DNA of 64,000 bases from Chrysomallon squamiferum (GCA_012295275.1 CM022678.1:62001-126000); one strand, 5' to 3'. Shown: positions 27,118-40,781, counted from the first letter of the stretch. The notes: generated from the sequence alone by a model not told the origin. Made by a program: numbers and translations.

Positions 27118-27479
27118 GTATGACAAAATTATATTTTTAATAATGAAGTATTTCAAATCATGTTTATTTTATATATTTTTTTTTTTTTTGTTAGGCTTTG
27201 TAAAGTGTTGCTTTTTTGTCTTATATTCATAAATAAATTGACAATTCTAATATTTTCATCTGGTTTTTATTTGAAAATACACACTTGTTATTATTTGATT
27301 GGATAATTAGTTAATAATATTAAACACGTTTTTTAAAACATATAATTTTATTGTTATATTGAGAAATACTGTTAAGACAGACTGTATTAATACTGTCATA
27401 CCTCTACATGTAGCTAAAAATCACATGGTTTTAGAAATTATTTTAATAAATATAATTTTAAATAATTTCTTTTACTCAG

Positions 27480-27581
27480 TTAGAAGAACACAACCACTAG
27501 TAAAACATAATGTAAATATCAGCACAGTTCACAATTACCAGGATGTGTCTAATAACAGGAATGTTGTGTTTGGAAATCAAG
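27480..27581 (+). CDS. Gene B exon with RHIM-like motif (RRTQPLVKHNVNISTVHNYQDVSNNRNVVFGNQ)
   Basis: tttactcag| phase-1 acceptor and open frame. It is followed by the same ttaaaaactgaaagtt intron head as the gene A micro-exons. The donor is degraded or one base short. Confidence 0.55.
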
Positions 27582-28102
27582 TTATTAAAAACTGAAAGTT
27601 AAAAACTGAACGTTTTCTTTTCTCTACCTGTTTAATAAATAACAAAATACACACCACACTAGTCATTAGTACTTTTCTGTCATTCACTGTGACATGACCA
27701 GCACAGAAACATGCACACACAGGCACAATACATACAAACATTCATTCACACATAAATTATAAGTATTGTTATTCTCATTTAGATTTTATGTTTAATATTT
27801 TATTAATATAATTCAACCTAATTTAAACAACCCAATACAGATGTCATTATTAGTAGTAGCAAGAACATAGTAATAATAATAACACTGTGAACAATAACAG
27901 TACATAATTAACAACATGTAAAAACAAATAAAAGTAGTGGTTTTAATAAATAATTAATAAGTAAAAAGATCCAACAGTAATAATATTACATGTTTATTGT
28001 TTCATGAATAAAGTGTAGAGTAATTGTAAAGATCACTTTAATCATTCTCTTTTACACAACATCAATAATATAAATTTACTTGTTTATTTTTTGTTACTTC
28101 AG

Positions 28103-28132
28103 CAACTGATGAACAAGCATCCAATATCAAAG
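28103..28132 (+). CDS. Gene B 30-nt phase-1 micro-exon (TDEQASNIK); decayed duplicate at 28912-28944
   Basis: ttacttcag|ca ... aaag|gtatat. Confidence 0.55.
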
Positions 28133-29196
28133 GTATATTTTTATTTCATTTTTTATTATTATTAGTTGTACAATTTTCCATGATAACAAAACAGTCATCT
28201 CATTACTTTCACACATCTAAAATTGTGACATCTTATCTTTTGTTAAATTCTGATGAACAAAAAGCATGACAACAAACTGCCGTTTTTACTTCAGAAACTT
28301 CACATTAGATGATCAGTTAAAAAATGATATTATTTATATTTAAACAGTAAAATATCTTCTATACAATTAATACTTCCTTTTATTGTGTAACATGACTGTT
28401 GTAATAGGAAATCAGTTATTAAAAGTAGTAACATAGACAAAATACATACACTTAACAGATATATGGAACATGTACATAAACACACACATATATGCAGACA
28501 CGCATTACACAGACATGTATAATATTCACACAGTGCATGTATGTTAAACTGATCAGCATTTTCTTCTTAACTTGTTAGTATAACTCAAATGAAGTAAACG
28601 AGACTATATGCCTATCACTATTACTAAAATACAGTGCAGGGTACACATGACAGCAGCAATAATCACAACAACAACAGCAATAATAATACCAACAATAGCA
28701 ATAGATAAATAACATTAGTTATAAGAAACAACAGCAGTAGTTTTGATAATAGTAGGAGTAAGTATATAAAACCAGTAAGAAAGATCTAATAATAATGTTA
28801 TATGCTTCATGTTCAGTGAATAAAGTGCAGGGTATTTGTACAGATCACTTTAATCATTTCTTTTACACAACATCAGTAATGTAAACTTGTTTTATTTTTA
28901 TGATATTTCAGCAAAGACTGATAAATGAGCTTTCAGTATTAGATGGGTTTTTTATCTCCTGAAAGATGTTCATTTATAACAAGATAATCATCTGATTAGG
29001 TCTGCACCATATAAAATTGTGATGTCTTATTTATGTTAAATTCTGATGAACTAAAACTATGACAACCTTTTTTATCATTATTTTAGAACCTTCAATCTAA
29101 TAACCAATTAAAATTTATATACTTTTATTTAAATAGTAAAATATGTTTAAAATAGTTAAAGACAGATCTTTTTTGTTTGTTTATGTTGTGATGCAG

Positions 29197-30350
29197 AGTA
29201 TACCAGGTCAGTGTTAAACTCAGTTGACTGGAGTGTCTATGTTGAAACAAGAGCAGAGAAAAGAGGTGTTGAACTTTTGAAGAAACATGGTGTTGTGATT
29301 GTAGTAGGATGTCCAGGTTCAGGAAAAGACAACTCTAGCTTTGAGGATGATGAGAGAGATAGAAAAAGAAGAAAAAAGAGAATCTTACTCACTGACTCAT
29401 CACTATGAATTCAATGACATCTCTCTATTTAGAAATAAGAAATTTGTTGTTCTCATTGATGACATATTTGGTAAGACTAATCTTGTTTCATATTTTAGAG
29501 ACTCATGGAAACCGAAATTTATAAAGGTGTGGAGTCTTGTTCAGGATGGTTCTTTGAAATGTATTATTACTTTAAGAAAACAAATATTTTCAGAAACTAA
29601 AACTAGTTTGAAGAAATTTGGTCTGTTTAATGAGAATCATGTTTTTGATCTCTGTTGTCTGAATTATTATGAAAAGGAACAAATTCTAAACAAATATCTT
29701 AAAAAACACAATGTTACCGTGAATGAAAATGGTAAAAAAGACTGTCATTTACAATTCATTTACAGAGTTAGGATTTCCTCAGATGTGTGTGTATTATGTT
29801 AATTCAAGTGATGCACAAAAAAAAGAGGAGTTGAGTTTTTAAGAAACCTGTAGAGTATCTCAGACAAGAGCTGGAAAATTTGAAAACTGACAAAACTTTA
29901 CAGATCAATTATCTGGTTCTACTGCTGATTTTGTTCAAAGAAGGCAGTCTCAGCATTGATTCACTGGACCCATTTAAAAATGACTCTGACAGTGACATAA
30001 TGAAATTAATAAGGTTGCTAGAGCAAGTCTGCCCGAGTCTGAAAAACACTGGTCTTAGAGATATAAAGAAAACAGCTGATGTAATGTGTGGTACCTATTT
30101 GAAGTGTTGTGAGAATAAATACACATTTATTCACCAGTCAGTAATTGACTGTTTGTTTCTGATGTTTTCAGTAGAGTTTTCAAAGAAAGCAGCAGAGTTT
30201 CTAGAAGTGAGTCCTGTCTCCATGTTGTTAGAATATGTTGTTCAGTGTCGTCTTGGTAAAGGAGCTGATCCTAATCTGAATGCAGATGTTAACCAGAAAC
30301 TGATTCAACAGTTTGAAGAGGAAATTAAATTAAAACTGTGGTCTGATGAC
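29197..30350 (+). pseudogene. STAND-class P-loop NTPase (nSTAND3-like) plus helical/winged-helix region of gene B; frameshifted as assembled
   Basis: Phase-1 acceptor gatgcag|ag. Motifs: YVET, VVIVVGCPGSGK[TTLA] (Walker A, restored by removing one A at ~29325), FVVLIDDIFG (Walker B), CIITLR (sensor 1), LGFPQMC (GxP, shifted frame), GTYL..YTFIHQSVID. Confidence 0.85.
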
Positions 30351-30374
30351 AAAACTAGTTTAAATTTGTCCACT

Positions 30375-31590
30375 TTAGACTCACCTCTCCACATTTCAGT
30401 TCTGCGTGGTGACTTAGATATGTTAAAATCACTAATAAAGAGAAATGCTGATGTTAACATGAGTAAACAGTGAGGAAAACTCCACTTCATGAAACTGTAA
30501 AAAGCAGTGAAACACAGAAAGGAAGTAGCTTTGTTGTTACTGCAAAATGGTGCTGATACTAATATAACAGATAAAAAAAATAATTCAGCACTGCACATAG
30601 CATCTCAAATTGACATAAAAGTGGTAAAAGAAGTAGTAAAAAAAGGTGTTCAAATAAATGTAATTAACACTGAAGGTCAAACTCCTCTTTTTTTGTCCTT
30701 ATACAGTAACAAACCAGAAATAACTTCATACTTACTGAAACATGGAGCTGATCCTAATTTAACAGACATTCATAACAATTCTGTTTTACACTTAGCAGCT
30801 GAACATGGAAATCTAAAAATTGTGAGAGCACTGATTGAAAAAGGAGTTGATGTAAATATTAAAAACGGTCAAGGTGAAACTCCTCTTTTTACAGCTGTTA
30901 AGTATGAACATTGCAAAGTAGTTTTGTATTTACTGGAACATGGAGCTGATCCTCATTCAAAAGACAATAATAACAATTCTATTTTACATTTAGCTAAAGC
31001 ATGGAAATAGAAAATATTGTGACAGCTCTGATTGAAAAACATGTTGATGTAAACATTATAAACAGAAGTGGTGACACTCCTCTTTTTTGCAGCTATCAAG
31101 TATGGGCAGAACAAAGTAGTTTTGTACTTACTGGAAAATGGAGCTGATCTAATTTAAAAGACAGTGATGAAAATTCTGTTTTACACATAGCAGCTATACA
31201 AGAAAAATCTAGAACTTTTGACAGCACTGATTGAAAAAGAATTTGATATAAATGTTAGAAACAGTAAAGGTGAAACTCCTCTCTTTACAGCTCTGAATTA
31301 CTACAAATATGATTTTTACAAGCACCCACCAGCTGTGTAAATGTCGTAATAATGAAACTCTCAGAAGTAATTTTGTATTTACTGGATCATGGAGCTGATC
31401 CTAATATAACAGACAATGATAACAATTGTGTTTCCCAACAGACAGCTTATTGTGCAAATCTAACAATTATGAGAAAACTAACTGAATGAGGTGTTGATGT
31501 AAATGTTATTAATTCAATTGAAAAACTCCTATTGATATAGCTAACAGTTGCAGATTTCATCCGTAACAAGGAAATTGTCTTTACTGAATG
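30375..31590 (+). pseudogene. C-terminal ankyrin repeats of gene B (~11-12 repeats; ORF 30507-31010 plus frameshifted flanks)
   Basis: SPLHISV, NSALHIAS, GQTPLF, NSVLHLAAEHGNLKIVRALIEKGVDVN, GETPLFTAV, GDTPLF. Stops and indels lie between segments. AATAAA at ~31716. Confidence 0.85.
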
Positions 31591-32701
31591 CTAAAGATGG
31601 TAAGAGATGAATAGATTTTTCATATAAAACCCTTGAACTTTTCAGTTTTGATATAAATATTACACAGACTGTCTTTTAAGTGGAAGATTACCTGGTGAGA
31701 ATCTTTTACAGTTGAAATAAAATATTTGTTCATGAAATTAAAGTTCAGTTGAATAATTGCTGAGAATATCTTAAAATTGTGCAGAAATATTTATTTATAA
31801 AAGTGATGTTCATAAAAAAAAAAACCAGACAGATGTTGACAAGATATCTGAATTTGTTTTGTAATTTCTGTGGTACAAAGTTGATCAGAATTTTCAACTT
31901 CATCCTGAAATACATTGATTTCTGACATAGTTTCATTTTGGACTGCTTCATTTGTACTTACTTTTAATATAATGTTGTATTTATGTGTGTGGTAAATAAA
32001 ATGTACAGTTTTAACTGTTCAATTCAGAAGTGTAATTACTGACACATTAGTCAGACCACATTTCCAAAATAAAATTTGTAAACAAACCGTGTTGAAGAAT
32101 AAAAGCCAGTGTAAGTTTGTGTAACTATATGGCTGTGTTGTCTGGTGTATATCTAAATACTGTAAATTGTTTCGATTCAGATATTAATTAGTGTGTACTC
32201 TGCTATTTCTATTCTAATATTGTATTAATGCATGGTGTAGTTTTTGTTTCCATACAAATGTTGTATTGCCATATTTTATTATTTATTGTGTCTATTAAAT
32301 GCTGTATTATTGTTATATAGTCTTCTGTTTCTATTCAAGTATTTAGTTGTCGATTGTATTTATATGTAACAAGAAATATTATAATACTGTGTATGTTTAT
32401 GAAATTTTAACTTGATTTTGTCTTTTCACTGAAATACTTTGGGAGATTTATTGCACATTTCAATTTAAAAAAGTGTTAAGATATGTTAGGATTGCCAATA
32501 ATAAAACATACTACAACAGTACTAATACTGATGTTAATTTTGATCAGGTTATTCAGTCAGTGAAAAGTCAGAAAGTATTATAATATTTAATGTAAGATTT
32601 TTATATATTTTATTTTACAAAATGTTTGTTTCTTTTTCTTGTTTTTAATAAATACATTTTTATTTTTACATAAAATGTAATTTTTTAATTTTATATATAT
32701 A

Positions 32702-32913
32702 CAGGGGGTGCAAAAGAAGGTACACAGTTATGAAAAAAAAAAGAAAACACTTACAGTACTCATGACATTTATTATTAAAACAAAAAAGCTAATATAAAAA
32801 TACAAGCATTTTTATTAATTTAAATAAAATGTGGTTAATGACACTCAAAATAAGAAAAATGAATTTAATGTGCTACTAAAGCCACTGATGTGATACTACT
32901 TTTGCAACCCCTG
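32702..32913. mobile_element. Tc1/mariner-type MITE (~212 bp)
   Basis: TA|cagggggtgcaaaagaag ... ctacttttgcaacccctg|TA. Confidence 0.8.
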
Positions 32914-34713
32914 TAGATACTGAAGGCTGTATTTTTATTGTTAGTTTCATTTGTTTTATTGTCATACAAAAGAAAGTACCAGCAATTTTTTTGATTTATG
33001 TTATTAATGATGTAATGCTTACATTTGACAAAATGATCATTAGAAAATAGAGTAACACAATCAATAAAGAAAAGTTAAGTTTTCATTGTTAATACATTTT
33101 GTCTGCATTTATATAGTTAATAGAAAACAGTGCACCGTAATGTACAGTATTCATATTTTGATCCACTTCTTTCGTTTTGTTAGTAGTAGTAATAGTAGTA
33201 TTTTTATTGTAGATAGTTAGGAAACTGTTCAGAGTATTACACTGTCAAAGTTTTCATTAAGAAACACTAAATAATCAGTAAAGTAAATATTAAGTTTAAG
33301 ATAAGAATATTATTAGATAGATAGATAGATATAATCTGTTAAATAATTATAATCCAATAATTAATAAAGTTAATGTAATTTTTAAAGTAGGAATATTTTT
33401 AGCTAATAATGTTTACATTTATCTGTTTAATGATTCTAAAATAGTTAATAATTAATCAAGTAAATTTAAGTTTAAATTAGGAATATTTTATTTAAATATT
33501 TTCATTTTTATATTTAATAATTGCAAACTTGTCAATAATTAGTAAAGTAAATGTAAGTTTAAATTAGGAATATTTTTTATTTAACAGTGTTTTCATTTAT
33601 CTCTTTGACATTAAACTATGAGTTTGAAATTAAACTGATTTAATTTGTGTGACAAAATTTTAGTACTATTATTTTATTTGTAGAAAACTTGTATCAAATT
33701 ACTTTTTTGTGATGAATTATGATTATTACTACTAAAAACTATTTTGAGGAATGTATTGGACTTTGTATTACACTGATAGGTTGTATACATTTGTTTCATT
33801 ATTTATTTATTCATTTATTTATTTATATATTTATTTATTATTATTATTATTATCATCATCATTATTAATATTATTATTATTATTATTATTATTATTAAAA
33901 ATTATTTAGAGGAATGTATTGGACTATACATTACACTGAAGGATTATTTTGTATATCTTTTAATTTTTTTTAGTTCTTTTTATTTATTTGTTGTTGTTAT
34001 TTGGGTATCTATATCTATTTAATCATTAGAACATACTAAATCAATTTATATAGCAAATACATACATATATATAATTATCTTTTTTTTCTTATTTAATTTG
34101 TATGGTAGAATGTTTTTATTACCTTTATTTTGTATCAACGAACTTTAGATCAATCTTTAACTTACTCTTTTATAATTAACTGCATATTTAGTTATTGGAT
34201 TGTTTCTGATTTGTTACACATCCATTTGTTAAAGTTAGTTGAACAGTTAATAATATTAGTACAACAGTCTCCTGTGATCAATTGTTTTTCAATTAAATAC
34301 AATGAAAATAAAGAATAATAATAAAAAATATGAAAATTAAAAATCAAAGAATTTACTGAATGTCATAATAATAATGATGATAGCAAGAAAGACAGAAGAA
34401 ATAATATCCTAATTTTTATTTAGTTGAGACATGTTAATGTATTTTTATATACTTTTTGTAGCACAATAAGTTTATCTACGATTTTCACAAAAAGCAGCAA
34501 ATCAGTTTAACAAAATACTTGGTTTGGTTGGTTGTGCAAGTCACGTGATAGAGGAGTTGTCTTAAGCTTTTGTTTTTGTTGGGATTAGTGACAAAGACAA
34601 TTAATCAACTTTCCAGTATCATTGGTAATCAAACTACTTTTAATTGCTTTGTGTTTGTTTTTCATTTTGACTTTGGTATATTGCAATAGAGATTAATTCT
34701 TTAATTATTCCCC

Positions 34714-35034
34714 AAGCTAATTGTGTAACAACTGGAAGATGAGTCTATCATTGTATGCTAGGTAACTAAGCTAATTGTGTAACAACTGGAAGATGAGTCT
34801 ATTATTGTATGCTAGGTAGCTAAGCTAACTGTGTAACAACTGGAAGATGAGTCTATTATTGTATGCTAGGTAGCTAAGCTAACTGTGTAACAACTGGAAG
34901 ATGAGTCTATTATTGTATGCTAGGTAGCTAAGCTAATTGTGTAACAACTGGAAGATGAGTCTATCATTGTATGCTAGGTAGCTAAGCTAATTGCGTAACA
35001 ACTGGAAGATGAGTCTATTATTGTATGCTAGGTA
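34714..35034. repeat. 54-bp tandem repeat, 6 copies
   Basis: aagctaattgtgtaacaactggaagatgagtctatcattgtatgctaggtagct repeated head to tail. Confidence 0.95.
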
Positions 35035-35587
35035 GAGGGCATCTGATTACCAATTCAGTCATGAACTGTGTTTTTGTAAGGCGTGTGACAAATGGATGTG
35101 TACAAAATGGGATGATACTGATAAGAGTACCACTTGATTGTGAAAGTCCATTAAATTGCTACTGTTTTAAAATAATAATTAAATATCATAAAACTAATGT
35201 TATAATGTTGAATACTAAATGAAAGATATAATAAACGTTATTACTGTGTGTGTGTGTGTGTGACCAATATAATCTTGTTAAATAAGTAAATACTAAATTT
35301 GAATTTTGTTTAATTGAATTAGTTTAGAATTTACTGTATCACTAATTTCTTTAAAATTTTTATTGTATATATATATTCTAATGGTAATTATTATTATGAT
35401 TATTATTATTAATAATATGGAGTGTATTGTAATTAATTTTTATTATTAATATGGAGTATTGTTATTAATTATTATTATTACGATTATTATTATTATTATT
35501 ATTAATATGGAGTGTATTGTAATTATTATTATTATTATTAGTAGTAGTAGTATTATTAGTATTATTATTAATATGGAGTGTATTGTA

Positions 35588-35635
<48 letters not shown>

Positions 35636-35944
35636 ACGGAGTGTATTGTAATACCATTAACAATTATAATAAATATGCTTTATAAATGGTAATTACTTTT
35701 GTTTTCTTTATCAGATGAAGTATATTTAAAAAACAAAACCACACTGCAGTGGAATAATTCAGTGTATGAGTTCAGCCTGACTTTCACTAGTGACACTGAA
35801 TTACACACCAGCATGTCTGCTAACTCTGCTAATGGAATCTTCCATGCAAGTAAATTGTGGAATGTTCTAACAAAACACAGACCCAGTTTATTATGTTAAT
35901 TTCCTCATAAAAAGTAAATTAGTCATGTAATGTTTGACATGTTT

Positions 35945-36680
35945 TAGTGTAGATTCTCTAGGTTTGGGGTGGAATGCAATATTTGTTATGTTTCAATCTA
36001 TTTTCTTAGGAATTGGGGTAGAGTGTGATCAATGTAATGTTTGGTATATTTCAGTGAATATTCTCTAGATTGGTGTAGAGTATGATAAATGTAATGTTTG
36101 GTATATTTCAGTGTATATTCTCTAGATTGGTGTAGAGTATGATAAATGTAATGTTTGGTATATTTCAGTGAATATTCTCTAGATTGGTGTAGAGTATGAT
36201 AAATGTAATGTTTGGTATATTTCAGTGAATATTCTCTAGGTTGGGGTAGAGTATGATAAATGTAATGTTTGGTATAGTTCAGTGTGTATTCTCTAGGTTG
36301 GGGTAGAGTATGATAAATGTAATGTTTGGTATATTTCAGTGTATATTCTCTAGGTTGGGGTAGAGTATGATAAATGTAATGTTTGGTATGTTTCAGTGTA
36401 TATTCTCTAGGTTGGGGTGGAGTATGATAAATGTAAGTTTGGTATATTTCAGTGTATATTCTCTAGGTTGGGGTGGAGTATGATAAATGTAAGTTTGGTA
36501 TATTTCAGTGTATATTCTCTAGGTTGGGGTGGAGTATGATAAATGTAATGTTTGGTATATTTCAGTGTATATTCTCTAGGTTGGGGTAGAGAATGATACA
36601 TGTAATGTTTGGTATATTTCAGTGTATATTCTCTAGGTTGGGGTAGAGAATGATACATGTAATGTTTGTTATGTTTCAAG
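35945..36680. repeat. 57-bp tandem repeat, ~12-13 copies
   Basis: ttctctaggttggggtagagtatgataaatgtaatgtttggtatatttcagtgtata at a 57-bp period (36061, 36118, ...). Confidence 0.95.
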
Positions 36681-36805
36681 CTGGTTGCTCTGGGACTAAA
36701 GTTGGAATGATGATTCCAAACAGCAGCACAGAAAACAACATATTGAATGTGTTGGTAAATAAATAAATAATATATATATATATAATGTTTTTATTACATA
36801 TATAT

Positions 36806-36891
36806 ACTCAGTCAATATATATTAAATAAAATGTTCTTATTACATATATATATGTAATAAGAACATTTTATTAAATATATATTGACTGAGT
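36806..36891. repeat. 86-bp near-perfect AT-rich palindrome
   Basis: actcagtcaatatatattaaataaaatgttcttattacatata followed directly by its reverse complement, with one mismatch. Confidence 0.9.
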
Positions 36892-37438
36892 TGAACGTAA
36901 AGTTTCTGTGAGTTTTGTGTTACTTGTAGCCAGGTATTTCAGACTGATGTCACTCACAGTACAGCACCTCAGCAATCAGGTCTTTCTCCTGTTTTTATAT
37001 CTGCTTCCACATTCCTTGCGAAAAACCCCATAACAAAATTCAAATAAGAAAATGTTTCCCGAAATGTTGGCTGTTGACAGTACATCATGCAGTAGGTTAT
37101 TATAAACAGAGTTCACTGTAATATCTGTAATCTGCATAAAAACTATCTTAATTATTTTGTCTGTAGAATAAACAGCACACTTTCTGGAATCTTTCACAAG
37201 AAAATATAATCTCATGTTTGTGTAAAAACTTGAATCTCTTTCAAGTGTCAAAAAAAGAAGAAAAAAGACAACAACAGCATGATATGTTTAGTCTGTTTTT
37301 ATTTTGGTTTCAGTGTGCATTAAGATTAAATAATTATATGAAATACTACATATCTACACACAATAACATAAATTAAAATACTCTTTAGCACACACCTACA
37401 TACAAATACATTTAAAAACTCATAAAATGCTTGCAGAC

Positions 37439-37502
<64 letters not shown>

Positions 37503-37525
37503 TAACAATAACAATAATAGTAGTA

Positions 37526-37583
<58 letters not shown>

Positions 37584-37600
37584 TAACAATAATAGTAGTA

Positions 37601-37640
<40 letters not shown>
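37439..37640. repeat. (AAT)n compound microsatellite
   Basis: Directly visible; source of the poly-I/L/Y ORFs. Confidence 0.95.
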
Positions 37641-37642
<2 letters not shown>

Positions 37643-38184
37643 TATGTACTCCACATCTGGTACTTTCTACACCTAGAGTAACACACTTTAATTATCAACA
37701 CAAACACACAAACAAAAGTACATTAAATACTTGCTGAGTCAGATGTATGTTAAAATGCTAACAAACTTTTACTGAACAAAATACATTAAAACTATCACAG
37801 ATATAAACAAAGCAACCTCTAAGCATATCTACATTAACCTTGATGAAGAATTTAACAAAATTTCTCTGTATTAAATGAAATTATTGATAGGAGGAAGGAA
37901 ATATAAATAATTCTGTTATGGAATGATTCCTGTCATGTTTTTTCAGTGGTTGAGAGTGTTTGGCTTATGTGCTGTATAGTGTGTTACAAAGAAAGCAAGC
38001 TATAATTGCTTTTTTAAATTTAATTTTAATTTTTTTTTTATTGTTTTATAGAATCAGGTAGCAATACAGTGGAAATAAATTCTGTGGGTCTTGACAGCTA
38101 TTGTGCAAAGAAAGAAATTATTGTTATTGCTATTATTATGATTATTATTATTATTATTATTATTATTATACTTGAGTTATTATA

Positions 38185-38257
38185 CTTTTTTTATTTTCTC
38201 ATTCTGTATGGCTGTTTCCCCCTCACACTTCAGTGTGTGTGTGCGTGTGTGTGTGTA

Positions 38258-38321
<64 letters not shown>

Positions 38322-38531
38322 TGCACATGTGTGTATGTGTTTGTATTCTAATTTGTATATAAAATGAACTAAATAAGTAAGCATATATGTACGTAAGTAT
38401 GCAAGCATGTATGTATTATGTACATATATATGTATGTATATATACATGTATATATGTATGTATGTATGAATTGGTATGTGTGTGTATTTTTTTATTTTCT
38501 CATTCTGTATGGCTGTTTCCCCCTCACACTT

Positions 38532-38580
<49 letters not shown>

Positions 38581-38735
38581 TGCAGATGTTTGTATGTGTT
38601 TGTATTCTAATTTGTATATAAAATGAACTAAATAAGTAAGTATGCAAGCATGTATATATTATGTACATATATATGTATGTATATATACATGTATATATGT
38701 ATGTATGTATGTATTGGTATGTGTGTGTATCTCTC
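38185..38735. repeat. ~300-bp tandem duplication containing (GT)n
   Basis: ttattttctcattctgtatggctgtttcccc..tcacacttcagtgtg at ~38190 and ~38492. Confidence 0.9.
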
Positions 38736-38765
38736 TCTCTCTCTCTCTGTATGTGTGTATGTTGT

Positions 38766-38802
<37 letters not shown>

Positions 38803-39393
38803 GAAAGTGACCATGTTTTCATTCATGAAGGGGAAGTAACTTTACTGTTGCTACAGAGGATTTCAGTTAATAAACAGGTATTATGTTTGAAATAAAAATA
38901 ATAATAAAAATAAAAATAATAAAAACCATTAAAAAGTTAAAATAAATTTTTTTATATATATATAATAATAAAAGCATTGTATGACTAAAGGGAAAAAATA
39001 ATTTTATTTAATATTAACTGTTTCTAGTATCATAGACAGAGAAATACAGATTGCTTTTTCACGTCAATGTAAGGTATTTCATGTAAATATTGAAGACAGT
39101 TGTAGAAACATAAAAATTTACAAACTACAAGCAGAGTGATGAATAAAACCTGGACCCAACCTGGGACTTGATTTGAAAACTTGTCTTGTTCTGTACATTC
39201 TACAGTTATAATACTAAAATATAATTTAGAATTTTGTTTGAAACAAAGAAAGAAAGAAAGAAATAATAAAATAATATAGTAATTTAAACAAATACAATAT
39301 TTACTTGCTGATAATTCAGTTTAATCCATCTTTAGACATTAGCTGAATGTATGTTATTAAAACATTGTACCATATTTTGTTTATTTTATTTCA

Positions 39394-39448
<55 letters not shown>

Positions 39449-40781
39449 TGTTTATTTATTTATTTGTTTTTCTCATTTTGTCATTTTCATGAAGAAATGG
39501 GGTTACAGATGGATTTCATTTAATCTTATATTAAAGGTGCTTTGATTTTGATAGTGGAACTATACCAAAGAAAACGGATATTCTCTTAAAGAAGGAGCTC
39601 TCTTTTTAGGAGGAAGTTTAATGAATATATTGTAATGGCTGCTTCCAGGTGGTAAAACTTTTTGTGAAGTAGAAATCGTTATTGAAACATCATGCCAAGT
39701 GATACGAGGCGAATAACTGGTCCTGAAGTTACATTAAACCCGTATACATTTGTGAAATCAGATGTCGTTGATGAAAATGTAAGATAACTTTTACAAACCT
39801 TTGTGATTATTCATCGCAGCGATAGTAACTTAATAATTAATTATTGACAGTCTCAGTCTGAGTATTAATATTTGATTAATGATTAATAACGTAACATAGT
39901 AATAATCATTATAATGATGTAAATGGTAAGTTAGTAATTGAAATCTGTTATCTGTTTAGGTGATATGTTACGTTTTTCATATCGAGTGATTAAATTGACT
40001 GAATTCGACAGAGCTGCTATGATGTCTGATGCAGTGATACACTGATAGTAAAATTGAAATAATGAAAATCGTTGGATCATGTATTTTATTAAATATTAAA
40101 AATAATATTATATCCTTTCTACTTTTCAAAAGTTAAATATCAGTGTGCAAGAAGATGGACGTAAAGCTGTAGAATTTCGACCTTTGTGTAAGTTAAATTA
40201 TTTATATTATTTTTAATTGTGTATGAAGACATTTTTTTTGTCTCTGGTTGGAAATAAACTGTAATGGCATATCATTTCTCAGAAATCTCCAGACCTAGAT
40301 TTATTTAATTTTATTAAAATCGATAACTGTTTATAATTGAAACATAGTTGTAACTTGTTTGGTATCTGCACTTATTTGAGCCATTAATACACAGTGTATT
40401 GTTTTTATTTATTTATATATCACTAATAGTTTTGTTAATATACCTGTCCTTGTCATGTGACAGGTTTATCAGAAATTATCAAATACTATTTTCCTGTGTT
40501 GTAGACGATACACATAAAACTTTATATTATTAATTTAAAAAACAAGATTAGCTACTACAACACAAAGTGAGTTTTCTCTTTCACTACTTCTGTTTCTGAC
40601 AACACTGTATAATGAGTATATTTAAAAAATATAAATAAAAAAAAACTTGGCTGGTAAAGAATCTTTTAAATTACATGGAATAATTTAGACTTTTTATTCA
40701 GTCTGTTGTAGTAATGTCTGTTTCTAAACAGATCAGCCAGATCTTCTCTTAATTGACATTGAAGAAACTTTGACTTTTTAT

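Noticed and set aside
35713-37131. Exon-like segments at 35713-35849 (+) and ~36925-37131 (-)
   Set aside because: Plausible splice signals, but strand and frame are ambiguous and I recognise no homology.
37326-38895. Poly-I/L/Y and CV/HT ORFs (also 3772, 4225, 4527, 6020, 9402, 35446)
   Set aside because: They are translations of (AAT)n, (GT)n, (TA)n and (TCTA)n microsatellites.
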